A stretch of DNA of 64,000 bases, taken from the NCBI GenBank assembly GCA_001179505.1, contig CDMY01000308.1, forward strand, positions 63,637 to 127,636. Direction: 5' to 3'. Shown in pieces: positions 37,125 through 50,148 of this stretch (positions are counted from its first letter, which is position 1; each line of letters begins with the position of its first letter). The position numbers were made by a program, and so were the translations under genes. The notes beneath the pieces are model-generated. The model ran no database searches. It was not told the DNA's origin and worked only from the letters and a program-made list of their open reading frames with translations. The stretch is from Vitrella brassicaformis CCMP3155. Lineage: Eukaryota; Protista; Chromerida.

Positions 37125-37300
37125 ATGTAACCGTGTACGCGACGTGTAATTGACGCGTCTAAGTGCTGGTGGCTGCATGCACACACATCTGCACAGCCCG
37201 ATCCATCGATGGGGTGTAGTAGGCGATGGGCTGGCCATGAACATACGTGCGCCCCTGTGGCCGCTTCGGATAACTAGATTGGTCGCACAGAGACATTTAT
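37125..37300. repeat. Dispersed non-coding repeat, copy 2 (copy 1 at 27104-27340)
   Basis: See copy 1; differences in the aligned start are mostly transitions. Confidence 0.6.
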
Positions 37301-37959
37301 GCTATTCACGTAGGTAAACAGAGAGAGGGTCAGGTGTATGGGATGTGATGTGTCATGAATTGGGCGAAAGAGTCGGGGTGTTCTGACAGACTGCCCATGT
37401 GTGTCTGTGCGTCACAGTTTCCCAGATGGACAAATGCAGTGGACATCCACCCAAGTCAACCAGACAAGGCAGCTGAGTGAGTGAATGCCGTCAAGAAGTC
37501 AGGTGGATTTCTGAGCAGATTATGGAGTAAGTTACATGGACCCTCATCGATCTGTTCGCCTTCGTCTGATTGACTCAATCCACCAGCCATCATGATCAAT
37601 CCGACGGTTCGTACGAAGGGATCGTGTGTGCACGTGGCCCTTCCGATCAAATGACTCAACCCTTCACCAGTTGTTGGTAAACCAAGCTGATCCAACTCAT
37701 GCACAGAGAGAGAGAGAGAGCCGACACAGCCGGGCGATAAAAGGACGATCTGTGTCTATCGTATGTCCGGCCAATCATCCCACATACGAGGATCAATCAC
37801 AGTGAATAAAGTATCGTACATCATACAGACAGACAGACGGATATGTCTGGCGTCCGTGATTGCAGAAGCTGATGACAACGATAAAACACCACACACATAA
37901 AGTGCTCACGGAAGATACACATCGAGCAGGCCACACACGGACGGAAAATCAATTTCTCT

Positions 37960-40129
37960 TCAAACGGCTGAAGACGTCTTGAAGAAAGCGGCGAAACAAT
38001 CCCTTTGCACCACGCTGCGGGGTACCAGTCTACATAACATGAAGCAACCATCGTTTCCTCCGCCTTCCCCGCCTTCACATGACTGACTGCCCCTACTTAC
38101 CGGATCAGCGCTGATCTCCTCCAGCGCTCGCCCAGGAGGAAGCTCAAAGACGTATTCCTGGAACAGCAGCCGGTCCTTGATGTCCTCGCGTGTGGTCGGG
38201 TCCTTGGACCAGAGCGGCTTGATCGAGCCGCCTTGTGGGATGGCCCACACGATGCGCCAGGTCTTCTTGCCATCCCCGATCGCTGGGCTTGTCCTCAAGT
38301 TTGTGATCAATGATTGGTCAAATCCACTGGCTGAGTGCTCGCTGTTGGCGGTGACTTGGATGAGGTAGACGACGTCCTCAGCGCTGTCGATGTACAGCGA
38401 GTCGATGACCGCCCAGTTCTTGGCCGCGGGCACCCAGAAGCCAGGCTCGCGCACGTTGGCAAAGGGTCTTGTCTTGATTCTGCTCCGAATAAACACACGG
38501 GGCTTGTTGTCCTGCTGCGTGGTGTCCAGCGAAACCCGGATCACACCATTCAGCTTGTCCTGCTGCGTCTGCATCCTTGATGCTTGAGAGGTCTTGTTCA
38601 CACGTTCCATATGGTGGTTGAGCGGCTCCAGACTTATCGGGCGCTTGGTCACTCTCAGAAACTCGTTGACAAGGCCCTCAAGCAGCGCCCCTTGCTGGCC
38701 GGCGATCTTTCTGGGGTCCATGATGATATCGAGCTCATTACTCAACTGCTGCTGGGTCAGATTTCGGATGAACGTGCCGAGGATGTAAGGCGAGCGCCAG
38801 ACGACCTTCCCAAAGGTGTAGGTGCCGTTGGTCGTGGGATCGAGCGACATGAGAAGGCTCTGAGGGACATTGTCAGCTGGGACACCCCTTGGAACTTCTC
38901 CGCCCCATCGTCGAATATCGTCATACTTGACGGACTCAATGACACTGTCCACATCGGCCTTGAGCTGAGACAGAGGCGTCAGGTAATCGCGGATGATGCC
39001 ACCCGCATAGAGGCGCTTGTCATCCATCTGGTCGAACCACTCGGTTCCCTCAAGGGCTGCAGCAACCTCATCCTCAGTCCAGGTGGGCATGAGCAGATTG
39101 AGTGTGAGCTCTTTCTTGAAATCGTTGTAGTTATCCTTCCTCGACGACGCAGCCAGCAAGACGCTGCCCCGCCAAATACCAAAAAGGGCACCTTCCAAGC
39201 CTGCACCACACACACACACACACACACAAAGAGAGAGAGAGAGTGTGTCACTCTCACACAGGCAGGCGTGCAGCCCCTCTCCCTTCCGCCCTGAACTAAC
39301 CGTCGATCAGCAGCCAGTCGCGTTGTGATGAGTCCAGCGGCTGCGTCTTTTGTAACTGGAACAACGTCTCTAGCGGGTCGCGGAGTCTGACAAAGCCGTC
39401 CTTCGACAGCTCATACACCTGCTGGTCGACACTCGATGACCTGAATGAAAACCAGAAGGAGCGGGCAGGTCACATCACGTCTGGCCGCCAGCAAATCTGT
39501 GCTCACTGACCTCTTGGAGTTGTCCACGAACCAGATCTTGAAGTTCTTGCCTCGGTGCATCTCGCCTTTCAGCACGGCCAAGAAAAAGAGAAGAAACCAA
39601 GACTTGCCGACGCCCGGTGAGCCACGCAGCAGAACGTTGAAGTAATTCGGATATGAAGGCGTCTTCCTGTTCAAGTTCTTCTGCCTGTCCATAATGATCT
39701 TGGCGATGTCAACATAGGCCTTGCGGACCAACAACTTCTGACCCCCCGTGAGTGGCAGCGTGATTGGTGCTGCCTCGAGGTTGATGGGATCCACTGACTC
39801 CCAGTATGGTTCAAGTTCGAGTCCGACCCTGAAAATCGGCGGCATGGCTTCGGCGAAGGCCTGCAAGTCAGACAGACAGACAGACAAGACGAATGAATCC
39901 ACGAAATGCACTCACTCATCATGCCCAGCTGTGTCGGTCACTTGTGCACCTTCTCATCTGGCTCCTCTGCGTGAAGGGCAGTCGCCCTCTGCACGGGGCG
40001 ATGCGTCGGGCGCTCCAGGCGAGTCGGCAAGGGAGCAAGAAAGGTGAGACGAGCGGATTGGCGCACGCCAGCCACCGTATGAGCGGAGGCAAGGGACGCA
40101 GTCAGGAAAAGGGAAAGCGCAGATGCCAT
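37960..40129 (-). CDS. Crinkler/RHS-type P-loop NTPase + restriction-endonuclease-fold protein with N-terminal signal + transit-like peptide
   Basis: Exon 1 (39950-40129, 60 aa) MASALSLFLTASLASA..RATALHAEEPDEK. Exon 2 (39511-39860) has Walker A LLRGSPGVGKSWF; exon 3 has Walker B-like WLLIDG; exon 4 has LMPTWTEDEV, YAGGIIRDYL and WVPAAKNWAVIDSLY..YLIQVTANSEH (about 38335-38435). All junctions in phase. The 3' end may be spliced at 38098. Confidence 0.8.
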
Positions 40130-40689
40130 AGCGGTGACCTGTGAATGAATGCAGAGAAAGCGCACAACACGACATCTGGCATGAGATGTCATTCATCAAC
40201 GTCGTAGATCTCCTCACGAAGAAAAAAGCTCCGCGAGCTCGAGCTCGCGGCAGTTCCAACGGGAGAAGAGCCTTCCCGATCTCCCATCTCCCTTTCACCA
40301 GGTGGATGACGCAGGTGTGCACAGATCTGCTCTTGACCCATCCACTTCATCTCATTCATCCATCTCTCTGTGCTGTGAGCAGGTGTGTGGTTTCTTTCAC
40401 TCTGACGACTGGGAGGCCTGACGAGGGATGAATCAGAGGATCCTCATCCGTCAGCCCGCTGCAGCAAGGTCTCTCTGTGGCAAGAGCTCTTGACGCAGAC
40501 AATTCATGGGATCGGTTTGGTGTGGTGTGCCTTCAGGTGACGGCGGAATCGATTGCTGCTGGACGGCTATAGGCTGGCGGTGAGGAACGAGGCTGCGTAT
40601 ACGTGGACCCGCCGGCCATTGTTCATTGTCCTGGTCATGTGCTTGTGGTGTGGTGTGTGCAGTGAGCCCCTGGTTGATTGTGTGGCCTG

Positions 40690-43600
40690 ATGGACACCGA
40701 TGACGGAGGTGCTGCAGGCGGGCGGCCGTGTGTCGATGGCAGTGGCTGCCGCGACGTCCTGCACAAGATACACTCGGTGAGGGACGAGGGGAAGAGGAGG
40801 GCTCACCAGGTCCATCGCTGTGTTGGGATTGCCTGGCAGGTCGCCTCTCAGATTGCCTCTGATGCTGAGAGGGCAGAGCACATCATAGCCACACACGCCG
40901 ACGACAAATCACAGGTCCGCACGGAGACACCACAGTCAGCCGAGCTGCACAACTTGCTGGGCGTCTGTTTCGGTGGTGCAGGATGTTGCATCGCTGGCCG
41001 GCAGCCTATCCACCATACTGGACACCCTCACCGACGCCCAGTCGGCCCTCGGCAACGAGTTGGCACAGATGTCCAGTGACCGCGACACACACGTGAGGAT
41101 TGCATGGGAAGACCGATAATGGCTCACAAAGGCCGACAAGCAGTGACGTCCATCTCTCTCTCCTCTGTGCGTGTTTGGGTCAATGTCAGCGGATGGAAGG
41201 CGACGGCAGGCTGTTTCGCTGTATCCACCGGGTGGGCGGTGCAGTAGGAGGACGGGCGGCAGAGCCAGCAATGCCGGTCGGTGTGCACATGGATACACAG
41301 ACAGACAGACAGACAGACAGATGGATGGACCAGCATCTATCTGTGATGCTTTCTTGGTGTCCATCCAGGTGCCTGTTGGCGACGGAGGTAAGCGCGCGTG
41401 TGTAGCTATCAGCCCGGCTGCCGCTGCTGCAACTGCGAATAGCAAAAGTACACCAACCACACAGAGGTGAAAGTACTGAGAATCCCATGTTGTGCTGTCT
41501 TGTGTTTTGCCTTTGCCGGGTGGGTCGGTTGGTGTCTGCGGTGCTGCAGCAGCGACACCAAGGCCGATGAACAAACCAAAGGTGACACTAAAAGTGGCAA
41601 CCACTATGACTGCCTTCACCAGTGTGCACATGTGTGGGTGTCAGAAGTACGGCCGTCCGAGTCTGTCTGGTCTGCCTGAGGACGTCTTCAGCCACCTGGA
41701 CTCCTTCGTCACCAGCATCGTCGTCTCCCGGCTGGCCAAGGTCAACAAGGAGACTCACCAGAAGGCCACCGACCAGAACCTCGGCATGTTCCGGCACTTC
41801 ACCCTGACGAGCGACGAGGAAGAGACCTACAGAAAGGTCAAGGGCGTCAGGGAGATGCAGCACATGGTGAGAGGGCTGGGATTGGGAGGGACACATGGGT
41901 GGGTGGGTGGATGGATGGATGCTTTCTGGTCTGTGCGTGTGGATGCAGGGGAAGATCCAGACGGCCCACATCGAGAGCTCCAGTGTGCCCGCGTGTCTGT
42001 CGAGGTGCCTGGAGGCGTCGAGGCTGACGCTCACCCGGCTGACCGTGATAGCCCCTGACCAGCCGCGCTCTGCCCCGCGGGCCCCCATCGATATGCGTCG
42101 TGCGCCTGCCCTGCCCACCCACTTCCCAAACATCACACACATGACCATCCAGTCGGCTGCATGGCTCAGCCACCTCAGGTGAGTATGAGGCGTGTGTGTG
42201 TGTGTGTGTGTCTTTCCAAGCACCGTCACTCTTTCTTTCTGTGTGAATGCGTTTAGGTATCGTCAATGGACTTTTCCCAACTTGAGGGCCCTTCGGGTGG
42301 GCAGCATCTACGAGTCGGCCGACCTGATGGCACTGCTCGACGCGATGCCCATGATCGAGCGGCTGGAGGCAGCGTGCATCGGCTTCTACGACGAGGAACA
42401 GGAGGCATTTCTCGCCCTTCTCGGTGGCCGCCCCCACCTGACCACCGTCACCGGCCTGCAGACCTACATGGAAGAATGCTACCCCAGCTACAGATTCGGC
42501 TGTGAAAACGAGGTCAAGAAGGCCGTCGATGCCAACTGGAGCAAACAGGACAACGAAGGTGACTCGAACCGAACGAACAAATGATGCGTGAAGCGGATGA
42601 AATCTCGGTGCCGTGTGCGCCCTTCCTCCCTCTCTCGGATGAATGAGTGCAGGTGTGCCCAAGAAGCTGGGGTTCGTCGTGCCGCGTTTGTGGATCGGTG
42701 TGGACTACGGCCAACAAAAGGCGGCCGATGTGGAGGCCTTCAGAAAGTGGGCCGAGGAGGTCAACTGTGAGGTCAAGTGGGAGCTGGGCGAAGACGGCGG
42801 CATGAACATCGACTGCAGCAGCAGCGGTGCCACTGCCCTCCCAGCGCCCGGCGGATTCTTCGGCGATTTCGCGACGCAGATGGCCGCCAAAGCAAAAACG
42901 GTGAGCAAGCAAGAAAGCTATGAAGGCCGAGCGCATCTGTTCATGTCTGTGTCATGTAGGTGTGTTTGTATGTGGGTGGCTCTCCGCTGCACGAGAGCTG
43001 GCGCGACAAGCTGGCCTTCCCCAATGCCAAGAAGCTCTTCATCGAAGACCATGAAATGGGCGTGAGCGCCTCAGAAGCGGAGGACAGCATACCCACCTGG
43101 CTCGCCAACGATGACGCAGACGGAGAGAGGGCGGCGTGTAGTGGGTTCCCCTCTGTAGAGCACCTGAGTGTCGGTTTCCTGTCATACCTCTCTGTCGATG
43201 AGATGTGTGAGCATCCGAGCAAGCTGAGCCTGCTGCTGGGGGGCCTCAGGTCAGTCAGGCAAGTCAGCTTCTCTTCTCCCATCTGGTGCCTCTCGGCTGC
43301 CTGTGAGCTGCTGTCCTACCTGCCTGTCACACACCTGGATGAGGTCACCTTCCTCGACACACCTGAAGAGAGCACCGGGGTGCACATAGAGGGGGGCCTG
43401 GGGTGTCCACGCATTCAGTGCATGTGCAGTGGGAGGATGAGTTTTGACAGAAAGGCGCGTGTGCAGTCGTTTCTGCGGCTGGTGCTCACACTGCGGCCAG
43501 TCAGTGTGCGTCTCTCTCTCCGTGCTGATAGGAGCGATCTGCAGGGGGCCGATGAGGCCCCTAGAATACGCGATCTGCGCGGCTTTGCGTGTGAGTGTTT

Positions 43601-43700
43601 CGAGGAGGTCGAGGCACACTACAGCGTGACGGGGGGAAAGATTGAGGACACGAGGGGCGGGTACTATTACACGCTGAATGTGCAGCTGGCGGCCAAGTGA
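40690..43700 (+). CDS. Lineage-specific F-box-like/LRR-like protein, paralogue B1 (multi-exon)
   Basis: Small 5' exons (VASQIASDAERAEHIIATHADDKSQ; DVASLAGSLSTILDTLTD) precede PSLSGLPEDVFSHLDSFVTSIVVSRLAKVNK (F-box-like) and LRR-like strands (FPNITHMTI, FPNLRALRV, FPSVEHLSV). Stop at 43698-43700. Exon-by-exon homology with 46094-49378. Confidence 0.75.
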
Positions 43701-44048
43701 GTGAGCCGATGGTGCACAGTGGTGTGGGCGGGACTGACCTGTTGTGTGTCAGTGAGGGATTGATAATGGTGTGTTAGAGTGTTTGGACGAGGGGATGGCT
43801 GCTGTGTATGAGGCTGGCCTCGCCCTTATGGCCCTGACTGGTGTGTGCTCGATGGACACATGTGATTGATGCGCGGGATGGATGTCGGTGAATGTTTGTG
43901 TGTGGTGGGAGACAATGACCACTGCATCTTCACATTGATTGAGAAATTCCGCCACGCACACAAACACACACATTCACACACACTGCAGTCCGTCTGTGTC
44001 AATCCACTCCAGCCCCTCACCCTTGGCACCCCTTCACCCCAGCCCATT

Positions 44049-44408
44049 CAGGCAGCCACACCATCCACAGTGCATCCACCAACTTATCTGTCTGTCGGTC
44101 TCTCAAACAGCCGTCCTTCCTGCATCCCGTCTGCTCTCGCGTGGCCAGACAGGCAGGAAGACAAACTCTCTGTACACTCGAGAGTTGAGAAACGAGTCAG
44201 TCAGTCTACGGCTACGGCTGGCTGATTGCAGGCAGCCACACCACCCACAGTGCATCCGTCAACCTGTCTGTCGGTCTCTCGCACACACCTGCCTGCCTGC
44301 CTGCCATCTGCTCGCGATGGACAGACAGACAGACAGACAGACAGGCCGTCTGTACACGCGAGAGTTGAGAGCTCAATGAATTAGCCTATGGCTACGTCTA
44401 GTTGGTTG
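44049..44408. repeat. Tandem duplication, about 180-bp unit x2, overlapping the stop codon and 3' flank of gene A1
   Basis: caggcagccacacca(t/c)ccacagtgcatcc starts at 44049 and 44229; shared ctgtctgtcggtctctc and ctgtacac(t/g)cgagagttgaga. Confidence 0.8.
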
Positions 44409-45730
44409 CCAAACGCCACCTGTGCGTCGTCCCCCATGACCCGCTGCGCCACCCTCACTGTCTGGGGGATCCTGGCCGCACCCTCCTTGCCCGCCACCTG
44501 ACGCTCCGTCGTCCAGAGGATGGCGCGGGCAAAGTCGGGGTAGCTGATGATGGCGATGGATGCCTCGAATGGCTGGTCGCCATGCAGCACTATCATGCGG
44601 TCGCGGCCTCCTCCCGCCGCATTGTGGCTGGTGCCGACAGTGTGGCAGTGCCACACGGGCGGCTGCTGCCTGGCGAGCTGCCGCTGCAGAGAAAGTGAGA
44701 TGTGACAATGAGGGAGTGGGGCAGCTGGTGAGGCGCTACTTTGTGTGTGGGTGTGTGAGACTGACCAGTCGGTCGTAGCTTGGGGCATTGTTCTGCTGAT
44801 GGACAGTCTGGTCCGCGACGAATCGTCCCCAACGCATCCTGATGGATCATACACATCATGGCGGAGCGGCGCAGCCAATGTCTTTATGTGTTCGTGTGTG
44901 TCATTCTGCTCATTTTGCTCACTGATACAACACAGCGCTGCGAACTGAAGCATAGTCGGCACCTGCACACAGACAAAGACACGCCACCAAATGGTCCCTC
45001 TCCCATAGCTTTCCTGCCCCTCTCTCGCTCACCGTCAATGTGACACACGGGGTTGGCCTCGTCGAACATGTTGCGGAATGGGCTGTTGGCCGGCAGCGTC
45101 TGCAGTGAGCGGATGGTCACCTGATACCTACCCAGCCGCTCCTCGCCGTCGACGCGCTCGAGCGCCACACCGAGGTGGCGGCCGATGAGGGACAGCTGGC
45201 GCAGCGCCTCACACCGCTCGTGGTAGACTGCCCGGCTGCCCACCGCCTCCACAGCAGCACTGCCCAGCTCTATCGGCAACCGCCCCACCAGCCCCCGATG
45301 CTTCGCCACCCTGACGATGGCCTCCCACCCCGCCCACTCGCCGCTCTTCTCGATGGTGTACTGCCACATACACAAATGACACATAAAATGTGAGAGTCGG
45401 AGTGCGTCCAAGTGTGTACCAGCAGCCGCAGCAGGAAGTCCATCGGCGCATCCGCGCCCGCCGCGGCACCCGATAGCTAACGACATTCTGGATGGCCTTG
45501 GCGACAATCAGGCGCTCGATTTGCGATTTGATGTAGTCCTCCGACACACGATGGCTGCCGAGGGGGCATGTGTGCCGAAAGAGACTGAGGCCGTCAGCGC
45601 CCATTGAGAAAAACAGCTCCCGCTCGACGTCTTGCGGTAAGCGGAACAAACGGAGCGGCTGATTGGCCGAACCAGCAGCGCTGGAGGCGGCGGCTGAGGC
45701 CGCCACCGGGCCCTTCTGCCGCTTCCTCAT
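44381..45730 (-). pseudogene. Lineage-specific hypothetical protein, paralogue A1, frameshifted
   Basis: MRKRQKGPVAASAAASS..LFRLPQDVERELFFSM; three exons homologous to 54872-56271. Net 10-nt deletion at about 45445-45452 relative to A2 shifts the frame before PMDFLLRLL. Confidence 0.7.
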
Positions 45731-46093
45731 CCCATTCACTGCTCCTTCCGTTTACGCTGCGAGCTCTAGCGATAAGGCAAGTGCTCGTGCACTTGAGGCG
45801 ATTGACACATCGCAGAGAAATCTATATCGCTGGACTTATGCGGGGCGATGTTTTGATCACTGTCATCTCATCTGAGCGGCGCTGACCATCGGCCAAACAG
45901 GCAAGCAAACAGAGAGGCTGAGGAAGGCAGACACCCTCAGGCAGTCAGGCAGTCAGCAGGGCAGACGAGATGCAGAGAAACAAACAAACAAACAAAGAGA
46001 ACGACGTTTGGAACTGCGGCTGTGTTTGCTTGGTGTGTTTGTCAGTGGTGGTGAGCTGTCAGGTTTTGAAGCGACTTAGTAGCGACAGCGCAG

Positions 46094-49000
46094 ATGGCTG
46101 ACGGCGGATTGATGGACTTAGACAAACATGACGGCCCGGCCGCCTCTGCTGCAGGTCACCACACCACCACCTCCACACACACTCGCCGGGTGTGATTGAC
46201 CGGCCTCACCTTTATGTTGCTGGCGTGCTGTGCTGCAGGTGGGCAGGGCAGCGGGCCGAATTGCGGCGGTAGCTGCTCTCGAGATCTTCTGCAGAAGATA
46301 CGTTTGATGCGTTCGGTAAGACGGGAGAGAGGAGAGAGGTCTACACATCACATGCAGCAAGGAGTGCCATTCGTTGTGTTGTATTGGCTTGCAGCTCGTG
46401 CCTCAGTTGGCGTCTGGTCTTGAGCGGGCAGAGAACATCATAGCCACACACACCGACAACGAATCACAGGTCCGCACGGAAATACCACACACACAGCCGA
46501 AAAACAGCGGCACTCACTCTTCTGTCTATGGCCCGCAGGATGGTGCATCGCTGGCCGGCAGCCTGTCGTCCATTCTGGACACCCTCACCGACGCCCACTC
46601 GGCCTTGACCGAGCAGCTGACACAGCCGTCGACTGACCACATAACCCATAAAACACATGTACGACTGCGACGACAAGTGGAGGGCTCACACAGGCCGACT
46701 TAGACAGACAGACTTTCCCTGTCTGTCTGTCTGTCTGTGTCAGGGCAACTCGAACGACATTGGGGCGTTGGTATCTGAGGGGCTGGATCGGACCGATGAT
46801 GGCGCACAGCACAGCAAGGCGGTACACACAGACTCACAAACAAGCCGAACCACACATATGGGGGGACGACGTCACGGTATGTGTTCAGGTGGCTGTTGGT
46901 GGCGGCAAGCGTGCACGTGTAGCTATCGAAGCGGCTGCTGAAGGTACCCACACACACACAGACAGATGGACGACGGCACGTATCTGGTGTTGTGTGGTGC
47001 CTTCAGCTGGTTCGGTTGGCGTGTGTGTTGGTGCAGTAGCGACACAGCAGCAGGGCGCCAGCTCGAGGGTGACACACACGCACGCGAAAGCTTACATGGC
47101 GATCGCTGCTCTCACGTTTCTCAACCTGTATGTCAGAAGGACCACGGCCGGCCGTGTCTGTCGGGTCTGCCTGCAGCCGTCATGGGCCACATGGGCTCCT
47201 TCCTCACAACGATCGATAACATCGGCCGCCTCTCGCGCGTCAACAGGGAGACCCACATGAAGGCCACCGACAAGACGTACGGCGTCTTTCGCAACTTCAC
47301 CATGACGCGTCGTGAGGAGGACACCTACCGCAAGCTCAAGACGCTGCAGAACTTGAAAGATGAGGTCAGATGAGAGTGGAGGGTCGTTTGGCGGAGCCGT
47401 GATGTGTGAGCTTATCGTCTAATGCAGGCTAGGACCCACACGAGGGCCGTCGAGACGACGCTTGGCCTCTTCGGCAACTTCGCGGACGTCTCTGTGGTAG
47501 ATGACGCCTCCACAGTCAAGAAGATGCCGCACACAGCGGTAAGAGACCTCACACGGAGACACATTGAAGGACAGACAGACAGACAGACAGACAGAGGCTC
47601 TGTGTATACGCAGCGCTCTGTCGATGTGTGTGTGTGTGCAGGGCAAGATCCAGGCGGCTCATGTGGAGGCCAGAGAGGTGCCGCCTGTGGTGTCGGAGCT
47701 GCTGGAGGCCAACAAGGACAAGCTCAAGAAGATCACCCTGGACGTCGAGTACTGCTACTTACGGAGGTCGGATGCCGAGCCCATCGTATTCTCATCCGTT
47801 ACACACCTGGACGTCCGTCGCTCAGCAGGTCTTGAGTTCATAAGGTATACACAGAGGGGAGTCAGAGTTGACGCGACCGCGCAGTCATTCTTGTCTTGGG
47901 TCGACGTCTGTTTGTCTGCAGTGCTCGTCGATGGAAGTTCCCGGCAGTCACCACCCTCCGACTCGGTCGCATCGGCAATAGGGATGCCGCCTCTTTGGTG
48001 CGTCTGCTCCGCGAATCGCCCAAGATCGAGTGGCTGGAGGCTGACCGCATCACGTTCGACCGCACGCAATTGACCAACTTCCGCGATGCCCTCGCCCGCT
48101 GCCCCAACCTCACCGCCATCAGCAGCTTCCGGGTCTGCTTCGAGCAGCTCGGCCACATCAGCCAGCTCAAGGACACCCTCAGCCAGCACTGGATCAAGTC
48201 GGACAAGAAAGGTACAGGACCGGCGCACCAAAGCACTTCATTCAGGGGGCCGAGTGATCTGTCTGTCTCACCCATTGCAGAAGTGCCGAAGACGCTGGGC
48301 ATCGTGGTGGAGGGCATTTCGTTGATCGGTGTGGACTACGGGCGGGGGAAGGGGGCGGCCGACATAGCGGGCGTCAGCGAATGGGCGACGGACGTCAACT
48401 GCCAGATTGTGTGCTGGCCAGTCTGCTTGGGCAAGCTGACCATCGATTGCGGCAGCAGCGATGCCATTGCCACTCCTGCGCCCGGCGGCCTCTACGGACA
48501 GATCGCCACGCGGCTGGCGGCCAATGCGACCGATGTAGGGAACGCACAGACGGGAGGGAGGGAGGAACTGCATCCGACTGGGCACCATGTGTGTGTCTGC
48601 ATCTGCCCTGTGTGTATGCAGGTTCAGTTATGGCTTGGTGGCACTCCGCTGGACGAGTCGTGGCGTCACAAGCTCATCTTCCACAAGGCCAAGAAGCTCA
48701 CTATCAACATCAAGCGTGGCGCAAGCGCAGCAGAGGTGGTCGACAGCATCCCCACATGGCTGACCGAGAGGCAGGGAGAGTCGCAGGGGGCGACCAGCCG
48801 ATGCTTCCCCGCTGTCGAGCACCTGACGGTGTCCTCTTTCTCGCTGTCTTTGGCTGACGTGCGTGCCGCCAGCAGCAAGCTTAGCCCGCTTTTGTGCGGG
48901 CTGACGACACTCAAGCGCGTCGAGCTCTATGGTGTGTCTAGCTTCGCTGCTGCACATGAGCTTCTCTCTTTTCTCACTGTAGACAAGCTAGACTCACCTG

Positions 49001-49378
49001 TGAGCTTGTCTGTTACCTCACTGTAGGAAAGCTAGATGGGGTCCGTGGGATGGGCGTGTGGTGTGCGAGTGGCCGGCGGACGCCCCTACCATATGGGGTG
49101 TCCGCTGCGCTCTCATCCACCATCTGACCTCTCCACACCTATGCAGCAAGGCAGGCGTGAGGGACTTCTTCGAGCTAGCTTCTGCTGTGCGGCCAGTGAG
49201 GGTCCGCTTGTTTGCTGAGTTGGTTGATAGTGAGTTGACGGGGGACAGTCGCACCTCCAGACTGGCGGACCTCCGCTCGTTCATGGAGGACTGCCTCAGG
49301 CAGGTCGCAACACACTACACAATCGACTCAGAGGATAGCAAGTGCGAGTGTGCCAATCGGTATTGGGGTGGGAGGTGA
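46094..49378 (+). CDS. Lineage-specific F-box-like/LRR-like protein, paralogue B2 (3' end possibly frame-disrupted)
   Basis: Same exon series as B1 (LVPQLASGLERAENIIATHTDNESQ; DGASLAGSLSSILDTLTD; PCLSGLPAAVMGHMGSFLTTIDNIGRLSRVNR; FPAVTTLRL; ESWRHKLIF). Frame break at about 49000-49060. Confidence 0.7.
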
Positions 49379-50148
49379 CGCCCCACACTCAAATTGATGG
49401 CCAAGTGAGGCGCGGCAAGACAGACAAGCTAGGCTATTCTTGTGTGGACAGCATGCGCCACATGGGGGGGTTGGAGAGGGGGAGAGGCGAGGGTCTGGCC
49501 TGCTTGTCGTCTTGATTGATGCATCCTCGTCTGCGTGGCATTGTGTGTGTGTGCCTCTGCCTATCGACACTCTGCCGACTGTGATGTCCATGACTGTCCA
49601 TGCGGCGTTGCATCGGTCGCTCTTGCCCGCTCTGTCTCTCTTGTCCTTCATCCATCGCCCCCCTCCTCTCGACTGACCAGCCGACTTTCCAGCAGCAGTG
49701 AGTGCATCCATTCACACACCCACTGTATGTGTCGGTGGTCACCGGTCGAGTGAGGGCGGCTGAAGGCAAGGACGAGAGGAGAGCGGCACACAGTGAGCGG
49801 AATGTCATGGCCCTGACATGGATGATGGAGTGGATGCCGTGTGACTGCCAAGACACCGTGATGAGTGATGATGAGACTACTTCTTAAGTGATCGCTGCAT
49901 TCAGAGGTCTTTTCTCTATCGGCCCATCCCAAGCAAGCACGTGTGCATCCCCCGATGTGACCCAAGCTGCCACCCTCCCAACTGTGCGCATGCATCACTC
50001 AGTCACACACAGGCCATCCCGTTGGTGACATGTATGTCTCCCACCCGACAACCACGGCACAAACCACAAATCCCTGTCTCACACACCCCACAAATCCATC
50101 TAGTCCATGACCTGGCTGGTCTCGACAGTCTACACCCAGCGCTCCAGT

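Noticed and set aside
37456-37704. 82-aa minus-strand ORF downstream of the CRN-like gene
   Set aside because: No motif and no in-phase splice link to the CRN gene could be established.
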